64,000 nt of DNA from Squalus acanthias. Lineage: Eukaryota. Below, in pieces: positions 11,816-25,371 of this stretch (position 1 is its first letter; each line of letters begins with the position of its first letter). The notes under the pieces are model-generated. The model made no database searches, was not told the origin of the DNA, and saw only the letters and a program-made list of their open reading frames with translations. Made by a program: the position numbers and the translations under genes. The stretch spans positions 135,906,001 through 135,970,000 of the forward strand of contig CM059432.1 of NCBI GenBank assembly GCA_030390025.1, read 5' to 3'.

Positions 11816-12511
11816 AATGTGTTATGACTGTTTGAATTTACAAAGGGTTGTCCACTTTTTTTTGTCAGTGGAGTGCTTGGAGCTAAGAATTTGATTGATC
11901 TTTTCACATGCTACCTAATTAGATTTTGCAATGTAAATCATAATGCTCACTTGACTTTATATGCAATATTCCTTCAGCTACTTGTGGGGCATCAGCTGAG
12001 ATACATAAAGTGAGAATAGCAGCATAGGAGGGTGTGCCATCTATGGGTGGGTGGGGAAGGATGAGGGCAGTTACAAACATTGCTTTAAGTACGCAGGAGT
12101 CAGATGTAGGGTTGACACACACTTTTGTGATTCTAATTGATTCAGGTCACAGGCTGGAGATGAGCTTGGGTTCAATTCAGAGAATGGGAGTTGGCAAGGT
12201 TAATGTTTCATATTATATTGGATTTGGCTGAACTAGCATTAAAATCTGATGTACATTTGAAACACTAAACGAGGTGCAAGACAGTGAAGCAGGCACTTTC
12301 TTGCCTTGAGGGATCTCTCTTCTTACTGACTTGGCGATCAATTCAATGATCTTTTGAATTCTGTCAAAGAAAGCCATAAATTAATTTCATGGCACTGGTT
12401 TTCTCATCTTCGCCTGATCATTCCATTGGTAGATTCAACTCATTCCTCTCAACTTTCCAGTTTGAAGCAGATCTCCTGACTTTAAGCATTGCGGCTAAGA
12501 ATAGCTGTGTC

Positions 12512-15380
12512 TTTTTTTTAATTCATTCACAGGATCTGGGCGTCGCTGGCAAGGCCAGCATTTATTGCCCATCCCTAGTTGCCCTTGAGAAGGTGGTGGT
12601 GAGCCTCCTTCTTGAACCGCTGCAGTCCTTGTGGTGAAGGTACTCCCACAGTGCTGTTAGATAGGGAGTTTCAGAATTTTGACCCAGCGACGATGAAGGA
12701 ACGGCGATATACTTCCAAGTCAGGATGGTGTGTGACTTGGAGGGGAACTTGGAGGTGATGGTGTTCCCATGCGCCTGCTGCCCTTGTCCTTCTAGGTGGT
12801 AGAGGTCGCGGGTTTGGGAGGTGCTGTCGAAGAACCCTTGGCGAGTTGCTGCAGTGTATCTTGTAGATGGCACACACTGCAGACATGGTGCGCTGGTGGT
12901 AGAGGGAATGAATGTTTAACGTGGTGGATAAGGTGGCAATCAAGCAGGCTGCTTTGTCTTGGATGGTGTCGAGCTTCTTGAGTATTGTTGGAGCTGCACT
13001 CGGAGGCAAGCGGAGACTATTCCACTACACTCCTGACTTGTGCCTTGTAGTTAGTGGAAAGGCTTTGAGGAGTCAGGAGGTAAGACACTCGCCACAGAAT
13101 ACCCAGCCTCGGATCTGCTCTTGTAGTAACCGTATTTATGTGGCTGGTCTGGTTAAGTTTCTGATCAATGGTGACCCCCAAAATGTTGATGGTGGGGGGT
13201 TCAATGATGGTAATGCCATTGAATGTCAAAGGGAAGTGGTTAGACTCTCTCTTGTTGGAGATGGTTATTGCTTGGCACTTGTGTGGCACAAATGTTACTT
13301 GCCACTTGTCCAGGTCTTGGTGCATGCGGGCAAGGACTACTTCATTATCTGAGGAGTTGCGAATGGAACTGAACACTGTGCAATCATCAGCAAACATCCC
13401 CACTTCTGACCTTATGATGGAGGGAAGGTCATTGATGAAGCAGCTGAAGATGGTTGGACCTAGGACACTGTCCTGAGGAACTCCTGCAGCGATGTCCTGC
13501 GGCTGAGATGATTGGCCCCCAACAACCACAATCATCTTCCTTTGTGCTCGGCATGACTCTAGCCAGTGAAGAATTTTCCCCCTGATTCCCATTGACTTCA
13601 ATTTTACTAGGGCTCCTTGATGCCACACTCAGTTAAATGCTGTCTTGATCTCAAGGGCAGTCACTCTCACCTCACCTTTGGAATTCAGCTCTTTTGTCCA
13701 TGTTTGGACCAAAGCTGTAATGAGGTCTGGAGCCGAGTGGTCCTGGCGGAACACAAACTGAGCATCGGTGAGCAGGTTATTGGTGAGTAAGTGCCGCTTC
13801 ATAACAGTGTCGAAGACACCTTCCATCACTTTGCTGATGATTGAGAGTAGACTGATGGGGCGGTAATTGGCCAGATTGGATTTGTCCTGCTTTTTGTGGA
13901 CAGGACATACTTGGGAAATTTTCAATTTTGTCGGGTAGATGCCAGTGTTGTAGCTGTACTAGAACAGCTTGGCTAGAGGCGTGGCTAGTTCTGCAGCACA
14001 AGTCTTCAGTACTACAGCCAGGATGTTGTCCGGGCCCATAGCCTTTGTTGTATCCAGTGCACTCTTCCATTTTCTGATACCATGTGGAGTGAATCAAATT
14101 GGCTGAAGATCTGCTTCTGTGATGGTGGGGATCTCAGGAGGAGCCTGAGATGAATCATCCACTCGGCACTTTTGGCTGAAGATAGTTGCAAACGCTTCAG
14201 CCTTGTCTTTTGGACTCACGTGCTGGGCTCCACTATCATTGAGGATGGGGATGTTCATAAGAACATAAGAAATAGGAGCAGGAGTAGGCCATTCAGCACC
14301 TTGAGCCTGCTCCACCATTCAATAAGATCATGGCTGATCTTCTACCTCAACTCCACTTTCCTGCACTATCCCCATATCTCTTGATTCCCTTAATATCCAA
14401 AAATCTATCGATCTCTGTCTTGAATATACTCAATGACTGAGCCTCTACAACCCTCTGGGGTAGAGAATTCCAAAGATTCACCACCCTCTGAGTGAAGACA
14501 TTTCTCCTCATCTCAGTCCTAAATGGCCGACCCCTTATTCAGAGACTGTGACCCCTGGTTCTAGACTCCCCAGCCAGGGGAAACATCCTCCCTGCATCTA
14601 CCCTGTCAAGCCCTGTAAGAATTTTGTATGTTTCAATGAGATCACCTTTCATTCTTCTAAACTCCAGAAAATATAGGCCTAGTCTACTCAATCTCTCCTC
14701 ATAGGACAATCCCCCCATCCCAGGAATCAGTCTGGTGAAACTTCGTTGCACTCCCTCTATGGCAAGTATATCCTTCCTTAGGTAAGGAGACCAAAACTGT
14801 ACACAATACTCCAAGTGTGGTCTCACCAGGGCCCTATATAATTGCAGTAAGACATCTTTACTCTTATACTCAAATCCTCTTGTAATAAAGGCCAACGTAC
14901 CATTTGTTTTCTTAATTGCTTGCTGTACCTGCATGTTAACTTTGTGATTCGTTTACAAGGACACCCAGGTCCCTCTGAACACCAACATTTCCCAATCTCT
15001 CACCATTTAAAAATACTCTGCTTTTCTATTTTTCCTACCAAAGTGGATAACTTCACATTTCTCCACATTATATTCCATTTGCCATGTTCTTGACCACTCA
15101 GCCTGTCTATATCCCCTTGAAGCCTCTTTGCATCCTCCTCACAACTTACATTCCCACCCAGCTTTGTATCATCAGCAAACTTGGATATATTACATTTGGT
15201 CCCCTCATCCAAATCATTGGAGCCTCCTCCTCCCGTTAATTGTTTAATTGTCCACCATCAATCACGACTGGATGTGGCAGGACTGCAGAGGTTTGATCTG
15301 ATCCGTTGGTTGTGGGATTGTTTAGCTCTGTCTATAGCATGCTGCTTCCGCTGTTTAGCACGCATGTAATCCTATGTTGT
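12512..15380 (-). mobile_element. Decayed non-LTR LINE with RT domain (clade not fixed; CR1-Zenon/RTE-X-like), interrupted by a CR1
   Basis: Frameshifted RT: PVHKKQDKSNLANYRPISLLSIISKVME, QFVFRQDHS, WHQGALVKL, GVPQDSVLGPTIFSCFINDL, FADD; A-tail at about 12512; the sequence resumes at 15219 after the nested CR1. Confidence 0.9.
14256..15218 (-). mobile_element. CR1 LINE 3' portion nested in the older LINE
   Basis: [12 protein letters not shown]...LYRALVRPHLEYCVQFWSP...; reversed tail CATAAGAACATAAGAAATAGGAGCAGG at 14256. Confidence 0.95.
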
Positions 15381-16977
15381 CTAAGGTGGCAATTTCAGCT
15401 AATTTCTCAGTTCTACAGAATGTCGCACTCCCAGCCCAAGCACGAACAGAAATTCCACTCTTTCAACACAGTTCAGGTTTGGGCGTAGACTTCAGCTGGC
15501 CCACCATCCACATATGTGTCGCACTGGGCCAAACCATGAAACTTCAATAGTGATGGAGATAGTGCTGGAGACTATGGTTTGTTCCTTGAGCAATATAAAA
15601 AAGTGAATTAGTAAAAAGAAAAAGAAAAGCCTTATATATTGTTTGAGGTCAACTATAAATGTGTTTTGGTCTTTTTGGCTTAAACAAATCACCGTGGAGT
15701 CGGTTTTTTCTCTGTACCACCTGGGTGTGAATCATCGCCTGGGTGGAATTCAGGGAGAGAAAACGGGAAGCCAGGATAGCATGCCAGAAACTGAGCCCAC
15801 TTCATTTTGCTTCCATTAACGTAAATGGAGCGAATATCGGGCAGGATAAGAGTGTGGGAATCCTCCCCGCCTGATTTTTGGTTCTGTACACTGCCCAGAT
15901 GATGCTTCACATCCATGTGTTGCAAGATGATAATCTACCCATTTGTTTCTTTCAGGTTTCAGTCTTGTCAGGTGGCATTCAAGAACCGTGCCATTCAGCA
16001 AACCTTTCGAACAATGTGTCCCTCTTCTCTTCTCCCCCGTCTAAGAGAGAAAGAAAATACTTAATTACGATCAAAAGCAGGTGTCAGAAATGTCTGACTG
16101 ACCAGGCAAATGTCAACAACATGTGGACAAAATATATGCAAAATGCTGTACACCAATTGACAGCTTAATAGGAAAGGCTGTCTTGAGTAGTAAAGACAAT
16201 ATTGAGCTACATGTTGAAAGTCCTTTGCTGATCTGGAGTGCTATCAAGGCAGCAGTATGCTAAAATTTATAGACCGCAATGGTCTCATCAGACCTGTTGT
16301 ATGCAAGCTTGATTATAAAAGGCTTCTTTGTCCATTGCAATCTATTCTATATAACACGATTTCACAGAATTTTGCCCTGTGTTGGAGTCAAGAGGGAACT
16401 TATTGTAGTTGTTAGCGTTTAATCACTGCTTATTTCCATAAATACGGGATACAGTCAAGTTGCTGTCATGCCCAAAGGAGTTTTATTATCAATGGTTTAA
16501 AGAACAAGACTGTTATTTTAGTCAAAAGTGTCAGTTTAGGCCGCATTAACCTTTGACCTCCAAAAAGAATATGTTACAGATGGTGCTCCACATAATGATT
16601 TATTCCATGACTGCAAATCCCTTTTAAACGATCATTGTATATATACACTGCAGGTTTTTCAAAATTCATTTCAAGTTGTATAAAGCATTATTAACAGAGC
16701 AATATGAGGCCTTGTGGAGATGGTCTCCTAAGGTAAGCCTGCACATTTGACTCTCATGCTGCAGGTTCTCATCAAAGCTGTAAAATATTATATATACATA
16801 TCTTCTATGGTAATCTTCTATTGTATGACTTAATAAACTTGCAGTGATTATGTTCCGGGTCAGAGCTAGGGTTAGGGTCAGGGATCCTGTCATGTATTCG
16901 AGCCATGGCAGTTAATTCCCCATAACAAATCGAGCGACACAGACCCGTTCTATCCCGTTGCACCTGTTTAAATACTT

Positions 16978-17532
16978 GAACATAAGAACATAAGAAATAG
17001 GAGCAGGAGTCGGCTATTCGGCCCCTCGAGCCTGCTCCGTCATTCAATAAGATCATGGCTGATCTTCTGCCTCAACTCCACTTTCCCGCCCGATCCCCTT
17101 ATCCCTTGATTCCCCAAGAGTCCAAAAATCTATCTATCTCAGCCTTGAATATACTCAGACTCAGCATCCACAGCTGTTGGGAGTAGAGAATTCCAAAGAT
17201 TCACAACCCTCTGAGTGAAGAAATTCCTCTTCATCTCAGTCTTAAATGGCCAACCCCTTACCCAGAGTCTATGCCCCCTAGATCTAAACTCTCCAGCCAG
17301 GGGAAACAACCTCTTAGCATTCACCCTGTCAATCCCCCTCAGAATCTTGAATGTTTCAATGAGATCACCTCTCATTCTTCTAAACTGCAGAGAGTATAAG
17401 CCCCAGGGGAGAAAATTGCAGGGCTATGGGGAAAGAGCAGGAGAGTGGGCCTAAATTGGATAGCTCTTTCAAAGAGCCGGCACAGGCACGATGGGCCGAA
17501 TGGCCTCCTTCTGTGTTGTTATAGATTCTATG
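16978..17532. mobile_element. CR1 3' fragment (minus, 16978-17401) joined to a CR1 tail of another subfamily (plus, 17402-17532)
   Basis: MRGDLIETFKILRG...FFTQRVVNLWNSL on the minus strand, then LQGYGERAGEW and GATGGGCCGAATGGCCTCCTTCTGTG on the plus strand. Confidence 0.88.
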
Positions 17533-17844
17533 TCAATCAAAAGTCTATCAGCAAGAACATCATCATGTGTTAATGACTGGGAGCACACTGGCCATCAATG
17601 ACCACACTGAAGCTGTGGTCAGCAGAAACTTTGAGTCCTTCAGAACGAACCATATCATGTGGTACAATCGCCTTCTGAGCCATTGGGGAACACATTTTTT
17701 TTAAATTATGGTAAATTAATATTTTTTTAATAATTCCACAATCAGATGAATAAAAAATAGGTTTATAATACGTGGTAATTTTACCACAGCCAAGTTCCAA
17801 ATTATTTTATATTTTACATAATAAAAATGGATAAAAATAACATT

Positions 17845-18882
17845 GGCCCAGAATTTGCAGCCGCTGACCTCGAAGAAAGCTGCCCACAAAGATCTCGCGA
17901 TCTCTGTGGCGAAAACTTTAGCTTTCTCGACCTTAATTTGATGGTTGCCCTGTCTACAGGGGATCCGCAGCGTACGTTAGCAGTGATGTCATCAAGCAGT
18001 CTAAGTAGCCAATCACATTGAACAATTACCACAGACAACACGGTGGCATAGTGGTTAGCACTGTTGCCTCACAGTGCCAGGGACCCGGGTTCAAATCCGG
18101 CCACGGGTGACTGTCTGTGTGGAGTTTGCACATTTTGCGTGGGTTTGCTTCGGTTTCCTCCCACAGTCCAAAGATGTGCAGGTTAGGTTGATTTGGCTAT
18201 GATAAATTGACCCTTAGTGTTAGGGGGATTAAATACGTGGGGATAGGGTGGGATATGTGTCGATGCAGGCTCGATGGGCCGAAATGGCCTCTATCTGCAC
18301 TGTGGGGATTCTGTGATTCTGTGACAGCAAACCAGTAAATAAAAAGCACCGATTATCATTTCACTTCAAAAAATTTTACAGACAGCGAAATAAAGATTGG
18401 GACACACACATATGGGGTTAATGTAGAAGCTGAAATATCATAAACAAACTTTAAATGTTTTTTAAAAAAATGTTTTTTATTATTTTAAAAGTCTAGTAAT
18501 TTTTATTATAACGGAGAAATCTGATATTCCACAAATATAAAATTAGTTTTTCAGGGTCAGAATGGTTGTTCAGCAGTCAACACCCCGTTAAAACCCCAGT
18601 TAGACCTATTTCAACAAGGCTTAACTTTTTATGGGGTATTTAACAGCAACATTAGAATGGAAAAGGGGAAGTCTTCGTCAGTTCAACTGAGTTCACTGAT
18701 TGCCGACTATGGGGAGTTCCACAGCGCAGCCTGTGGCGGAGCAGGGAATGACTGACTGCAACTTCAGGATTTGCGCGTTTATCTGTGCATGTGCTAAATC
18801 CTGAAGTTAGGGTCAGTTTCAGAGGGGTAATGACGGCGAACGCTGAAAATTTTGCTGTCATTACCACTGCAATATCCAAGCC
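17845..18882. mobile_element. Non-autonomous TIR element (Harbinger-like) with a nested HE1-type SINE
   Basis: Imperfect TIRs GGCCCAGAATTTGCAG and CTGCAATATCCAAGCC; AT-rich core; a related older fragment at about 17640-17800. Confidence 0.6.
18038..18321 (+). mobile_element. HE1-type V-SINE (short-tail form)
   Basis: Head with A-box GGTGGCATAGTGG and B-box GGTTCAAATCC; tail (GATTCTGT)2; GACA TSD. Confidence 0.9.
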
Positions 18883-18951
18883 ATACTCTTGAGATTAGCA
18901 AACAACAAGGATTCACTTCCAGTGAATGAGATGTCCGACTATGGGAGACAG

Positions 18952-19409
18952 ATGTCAGCTGTGGCTCAGTTGGTAGTACCCTCGCCTCTGAGCCAGAAGG
19001 TTGTGGGTTCACAGACCGACTCCAGAGACTTGAACACAAAATCTAGGCTAATACTGCAGTGCTGAGGGAGTGCTGCACTGTCGGAGGTGCCGTCTTTCAG
19101 ATGAGACGTTAAACCAAGGCCTCGTCTGCTCTCTCAGGTGGATGTCAAAGATCTTACCGGCACTATTTTGAAGAAGAGCAGGGGAGTTATCCCCGGTGTC
19201 CTGGCAAATATTTATCCCTCAATCAACATCACTAAAACAGATTATCTGGTCATTATCAATTGCTGTTTATGGGAGCTTGCTGTGTGCAAATTGGCTGCTG
19301 CATTTCCCACATTACAACAGTGACTACACTTCAAAAAGTACTTCATTGGCTGTAAAGTGATTTGGGACGTTGCGTGGTCGTGAAAGGTGCTAAATAAATG
19401 CAAGTCTTC
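18952..19409 (+). mobile_element. Deu-domain tRNA-SINE, near full length
   Basis: GTGGCTCAGTTGG A-box head, GATGAGACGTTAAACC..GG Deu-like core, L2-type tail. Confidence 0.9.
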
Positions 19410-19608
19410 CTCGCTACCTCTCTTTCTTCCTTTAAGACGCTCCTTAAAACCTATGTCTTTGACCAAGCTTTTGGGGTCACCTGCCCTAATTTATCCTTAT
19501 GTGGCTCAGTGTCAAATTTTTTTTTCTTCTTAATATACTCCTGTGCAGCGCCTTGGGATGTTTTACTACGTTAAAGGCGCTATATAAATACAAGTTGTTG
19601 TTGTTGTT
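19410..19608 (+). mobile_element. L2 3' end
   Basis: TTTAAGACGCTCCTTAAAACCTA...GGCGCTATATAAATACAAG(TTG)n. Confidence 0.85.
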
Positions 19609-19614
19609 AGATAA

Positions 19615-19812
19615 CACCATAGGTTAGCAGATTGTCTTTTTACCCCTTGGTTCTGAGCTTGACTCCAGCCCAGACTGATGGAATGATAGTTTATTTTCTC
19701 TGGGGAAGGGTCCCATGTGAATTGAGTCCGGGCAGTGTCAACCCAGTTCACAGTGGGTGTTGGCCCATAATACAAAACTCCCACAATCTGACGGTAAATG
19801 GCCATCTTTCCC
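19615..19812 (+). mobile_element. Ancient LF-SINE-like fragment
   Basis: Ordered motifs CCAGCCCAG, CCCATGTGAATTGAGT, CCCAGTTCACAGTGG, ACAAAACTCCCACAAT resemble the LF-SINE 5' half as I recall it; not searched. Confidence 0.5.
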
Positions 19813-20447
19813 AGAGAACAATGGGAAAGGAATGGCACGCTATAGCAGGATAAGCTTTTCTGAAACTGGCGTTAAAGCATATGGATATCAAATCAAAGAC
19901 CGGATTCCTGGAGAGTTTGTGTGCAATACTGTAAAACCTCTCTCCCAATCATTGACTTCAAGAGAAATAAAAATGGGGAGAGATACAAAGCGGGCTGCTG
20001 TCTTGCTGTGGTCCGTTTTACACTAGCGCACAAAGTCAAAATCTACCTCGTGAACTTTACAAACACTCACACATGAGTGTTGAAGTTATTGGTTTCTGTG
20101 AAACTGTATCCCAACGAGGAGTCTCCTCCAACTGCAAGGGAAAAAATAGGGCAAAAAATTGACATGGAAAAATAACTTTTGCTTTAGGTTTTGATTCTAA
20201 TTTCTCACTTTGATTCAGATTCTGGTATCGATTTTCCAAAATTTCCAACCAGTTCTGATCTGAAGCAACTTTGCATATCCCCAATAGTGAAATCTATCCG
20301 CTGCACTGAATTGCACATTTAGAATTGCAGTATCTGCTCTATGAGAATGCTTCACTGAAATGACCTTTACTCTCTGCCACCTTTAAGAAAATTCCAGGGA
20401 TTATTTTTTTTTATTCAGTCTGAATCACTGGATCAACTAGCACAACA

Positions 20448-21064
20448 TATATAAGAGTAAGGAAGTCTTGCTACAATTGTACAGGGCCTTGGTGAGACCA
20501 CGCCTGGAGTACTGTGCACAGTTTTGGTCTCCTTATCTAAGGAAGGATATACTTGCCTTGGAGGTGGTGCAACAAAGGTTCACTAGATTGATTCCTGGGA
20601 TGAGAGGGCTGTCCTACGATGAGAGATTGTGTAGAATGGGCCTATACTCTCTGGAGTTTAGAAGAATGAGAGGTGATCTCATTGAAACATACAAGATTCT
20701 GAAGGGGATTGACAGGGTAGATGCTGAGAGGTTGTTTCCCCTGGCTGGAGTGTCTAGAACTAGGGGGCATAGTCTCAGGATAAGGGGTCGGCCATTTAAG
20801 ACTGAGATGAGGAGGAATTTCTTCACTCAGAGGGTTATGAATCTTTGGAATTCTCTGCCCCAGAGGGCTGTGAATGCTGAGTCTTTGAGTATATTCAAGA
20901 CTGAGAGATAGATTTTTGGACTCTAGGGGAGTCAAGGGATATGGAGATCAGGTGGGAAAGTGGAGTTGAGGTCGATGATCAGCCATGATCTTATTGAATG
21001 GCGGAGCAGGCTCGAGGGGCGGTATGGCCTACTCCTGCTCTTATTTCTTATTTTCTTTTGTTCT
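20448..21064 (+). mobile_element. CR1 LINE 3' portion
   Basis: ORF 20468-20911 LQLYRALVRPRLEYCAQFWSP...NLWNSLPQRAV; CR1 3' UTR. Confidence 0.95.
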
Positions 21065-21789
21065 AATATATACAATCCTAAAAAACTGCTGTCTGCCAAA
21101 TAACGGGCATTTTTACAGACAATTGGGGAAGATCTTTTCCCCGTGCATTATGAGGTAAATTTTACAATTTAGTGCTCTGAATGCAGAATTTCGTGCAATG
21201 ATCGCACATATCGGGAATTTGAGCATAGTTTTCCTTGAGTCTGATTCGTAGCTTGCATATTTTTTCGTTCATTAAAGCTAATAGAGCTAAACTGTAAAAC
21301 TTGACCCTATATGTAGTGCAATCTTAAATGCATTCTTTATAAATGTTACATAGAGTTACTTCGAGTCTACAGCACAGAAAAAAGGCCATTTGGCCCAACT
21401 GACCTCGGCTGCCGTTTATGCTCCATGTGAGCCTCCTCCCATCCCTCTTCACCTAACCCTATCAGCATAATCCTTCCAAATGTGTCCACAACTTCTCGAC
21501 ACATTGTGTGCAGAGGAAATCTTCCTTGAATATTTTCACAAACACCTGCACTCTTATATGGTTTGCAAACATTGTACAAGATAAGGTCAGTCAAGATATC
21601 GGGCAAGGTGGATAAATTGTCCATGATGTTAGATGCTGTTTCCAAGCTCTGTTTAATGTTCTTTTCCAGTAAAATTCATGTATCCATCAAAAAATGTATT
21701 TTCTTTAATACAAACTATAACACCGGCCGTATATTGTTGAACCATAGAACTGTCCATAATTGAGGGCCCGATATTTCTATTCCATACAA

Positions 21790-22208
21790 TTACATAGAAT
21801 GTACAGCACAGGAACAGGCCCTTTGGCCCAACTGGTCCATGCTGGAGTTTTTGCTCCACACGAACCTCCTCTGACCCCTCTTGATCTCACCCTATCAGCA
21901 TAACCTTCTATTCCTTTCTCTCCCATGTACTAATCTAGCTACCACTTAAATGTATCTATGCTATTCACCTCAACTGCTCCCTGTGGTAGTGAGTTCCACA
22001 TTCTAACCACTCTCTGGGTAAAGACATTTCTCCTGAATTCCCTATTGGATTTATTAGTGACTATCTTATATTTATGGCCCCTAAGTTTTGGACTCCCCAC
22101 AAGTGGAAACATCTTCTCTACGTTTACCCTATCGAACGCCTTCATAACCTTAATGACCTCGATCAGATCACCCCCTCAGCCTTCTCTTTCCCAGAGAAAA
22201 AAAGCCCT
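21790..22208 (-). mobile_element. CR1 3' fragment (a second tail at about 21352-21478)
   Basis: KAFDRVNVEKMFPL...RGHKYKI...FTQRVVRMWNSLP on the minus strand. Confidence 0.88.
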
Positions 22209-25200
22209 ATTTTGTTTTTGGACTTCCCGCTAGATCAATCAATTGGCAGAAATAGCTACGGTTTGCATACTAGGGGGCTGCCCTGCTCAGCCCACCAAAA
22301 ATGTCCTTGTGCTGCTCCGTTGCTGTCCTTGATGCACTTCCTCCATGAATCTGCTTTTCTCTTCTGCCGTTCGGATACTTTCTCCCAACTCCACAGACGC
22401 ATTGCGAAATGTTTCACCATCCAGCTCCTGTCAGATTTTTGCTGGACAGAATATTTGCCCTCCTTTTTAATTGGCCTTTCCTTATTTAATTTTTTTTTAC
22501 TGCTTTGTTAATTTAATTCAGCTGCTAGCCATTTGAGAAGCATTGAAGGATCAGTCAGTACCGCAGGTGCATTGCGATTCACCACTACTTTGTTGTTGCT
22601 AGAATTTTAAAAAAATTGGATACTCACAAACTACACGTTTGAAAGCCGTGCATTCTTGCGGTTTCATTCCATTTTGGTAACATTGGAGAAAATAAATGCT
22701 ATTTCGCCTCCCCCCCTCCCCTGTTTTTAGTGACAAGAGAAATGTCAGGCACTTAGAGATTGAATAAAAACGGTGAGACGTATTGCACCTGTTTTTTGTT
22801 TAGATGGGGTGAGGGGTGATGGGGTGGGGGTGGTGGTTTGATTTCTTGTTTTCCATTTATTAAAGTCGGCTGCGGTAAAAGTCAAGTATTGAGCGATACT
22901 GCTGCGATCTACCAGCAAGATTGCATATGCACGTTAAGAGTTAAACACAGAAGTACCTGTAGACTGTCCTAACGTCAAACTATGCAAAAGTGCTTCCGAT
23001 TCGTGCCGGCAGAAAACTGAATCGATGTTAAGAGGGAGGAAAAGCAGGATGAAGGGGATCTGGAGTGGAAAAAAAATAACCTTGGGAAAAAAAAAATCTG
23101 AAAAAGCTTAAGATTATACAACGCATCTATTCTAAACTGATTTTTTTTCTCTCTACAATCCGGTGTTGTGTTCACAACACAAAATCTGAGAATACTTCCC
23201 AGTGCAGAAAACAAAAGGGCAGCTCTAGCCATACATCTGTGAGTTCTTAAACAAAGGTTTGTTTGTATGCCTCGATCACTCTTGCCCATGAAAGTAGACA
23301 CTTACTTGAAAAACTTTTCAGGGAAACACTCTAAACTAACATCCTGGTATAAATTTGCAAAACGCAATACAGGCCTGATTGTCTTTAGAGTGGATGCAGG
23401 TTGCATACGAATAGTCCTTTCTGAAACGTAATGTTCTTTGCATGGCTCACTGGCTAATGTACAATAAATCAACAAAGAAAGGCTTCAATACTGCTATTGG
23501 GCAGCAGCAAAGCCACTGTTATTTTATCTTTTTACAGTATTTAATTGGAAGGTGCTTCCCCAACCCCCCCCCTACCTAACTGAAACATAAACCTGCTTTC
23601 AAATTACTAGTTCTCGAAGAGATTGCAAAGATGAATTTTTTTTAGTCTCATTTTTTATCCGCCCCCCCCCCCCCCACCTTTTACAAGAGAAAGCATTTTT
23701 TTTCCAGACCGAGAATAAAGTTACAAGTGTCTAGCTTTTTTTTTTGCTGAAGGAGATTGAAATTAGATGCTGAATGGAGCATACAGGGAAAAGGCTGGGA
23801 AAATACGAATTTGGCAAGTCTTACTGGGTCAATCTGAAGCTCCCAATTCCCTTCTTACTGCACCAGGTGTCCATTGCATTCAAATGGTACCATTATTCAT
23901 ACCACTCTGAGAACCAAAGTATTAAAGTGCAAAAAAAATAATTTGCAACTGAATAAAGAAATAATCCTGGAAATATAACTCACAATATAGAGACTGCACT
24001 GAGCCGCACAAGCGCTCCATTGTTAGGGAGTTATGTATATTTATCAACCTTTTTTCCTCTGTTTCCACACTGTTTACATGTTAATGGAAAACTTTCTTTT
24101 TATTTTTAACAGCCATAGCTTAGGAGCTAGTTATGCATAAAACTCAACTCGAAGCTTCATTCTTTTTCAGGCTGTTTAGACACGTGCATGCCAAAATAGC
24201 CCAGGCTTTATTACGTGGCATAACCATTATTCAATTGTTAGATTATTGATGGCCAGGTAGAACCATTGGGATTGACTGAGCACTGTGCTCGGAGACAGAG
24301 CAAAACCTTCCTTGCATTGTAGTGGAGACATTTTGGTCTGGATACTCAAGCTGCATTAATATTTTATTTGAAAGTTAAATAAGAAAGAAAGAACGAACAA
24401 AAGAAAGAACTTGTATTTATATAGCGCTTTTCATGACCTCAGGACGTCCCAAAGCGCTTTACAGCTTTTGAAGTGTAATCACTGTAGGAAATGTAATGTA
24501 AAGTAAATGCATGTAAGCATTTCAAACAAGAAAAAGGTATCTAATCAAAAAACGAGCTCAAAATATGTTCAAAGAAGCCAATTTGGCACTGTACCTTATG
24601 TCTAGATAGAACCAGGCTTGCCAAAATAGCCTGTTACTGAACAGCATTATTGTTCTGATATTTGATCATTTTAATTAGTAATTTACTTTTGCAAATTGTT
24701 TTTTGAGTGATATTTGGATACCAGCATTGGCAAAATTAGAGTTAATGATTAAAAATAATTATTTTGTACAGAAACACACGATAAGCTTTTCACATTAATG
24801 TCATGTGGCACAATTAAAAAAAAGAAAGTATTTCTATGACAGGTGCGAACATAAAGCATAGCTGGTGGGACTTGCGCCCAAAGTTCTCTATCCACCTAAT
24901 TACTGTGCACTGAGGGTGGTGGGGGGAGGAGGAAGGAGAGGGCAAATGAGTGGGCCACCCTGAGTGGTGAAAGGAAGGTGCACTCCCCTCTGAACCTCGG
25001 AGCAATCAGCTCAAATGCAAGGCTGTCAGAGGTCAAGGAGCAGATTGTCTGCGCATCTTCTTAGTCCGACTAATTAGCATGGGTGGAGCGAGGGGGGGGG
25101 GGGATAAGTAATGTGGAGCGACCTAAGGAAGTGTAAAAATAACATTGAAAAAAAATAGGGTAAAATCTCTTCCGCGAAAAATATTAACATAGTAAATTGA

Positions 25201-25371
25201 ACATAAAGTTGATCAAAGAAACCCGAATTTTTGGGAAAGAAAAAGTTTGCTCTTATATCACAGGTCACATATCATGTCATAAACATATATGCGGTTGGGG
25301 TCATTACACTATAAAAGATGCCTTTAATTTAAAAAAAAATCTCAGCCATTAATCAGTTATGGACTTGTTGC

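Noticed and set aside
15816..16040. Possible coding exon after a strong minus-strand acceptor
   Set aside because: Two frames stop quickly; the open frame has no recognisable homology and runs into a MITE fragment. Kept only as a possible non-coding exon.
18952..19030. tRNA-like sequences with A and B boxes (many copies)
   Set aside because: These are SINE heads continuous with the SINE body, not tRNA genes.
22074..22511. 145-aa ORF
   Set aside because: Starts in antisense CR1 sequence and continues without a recognisable domain.
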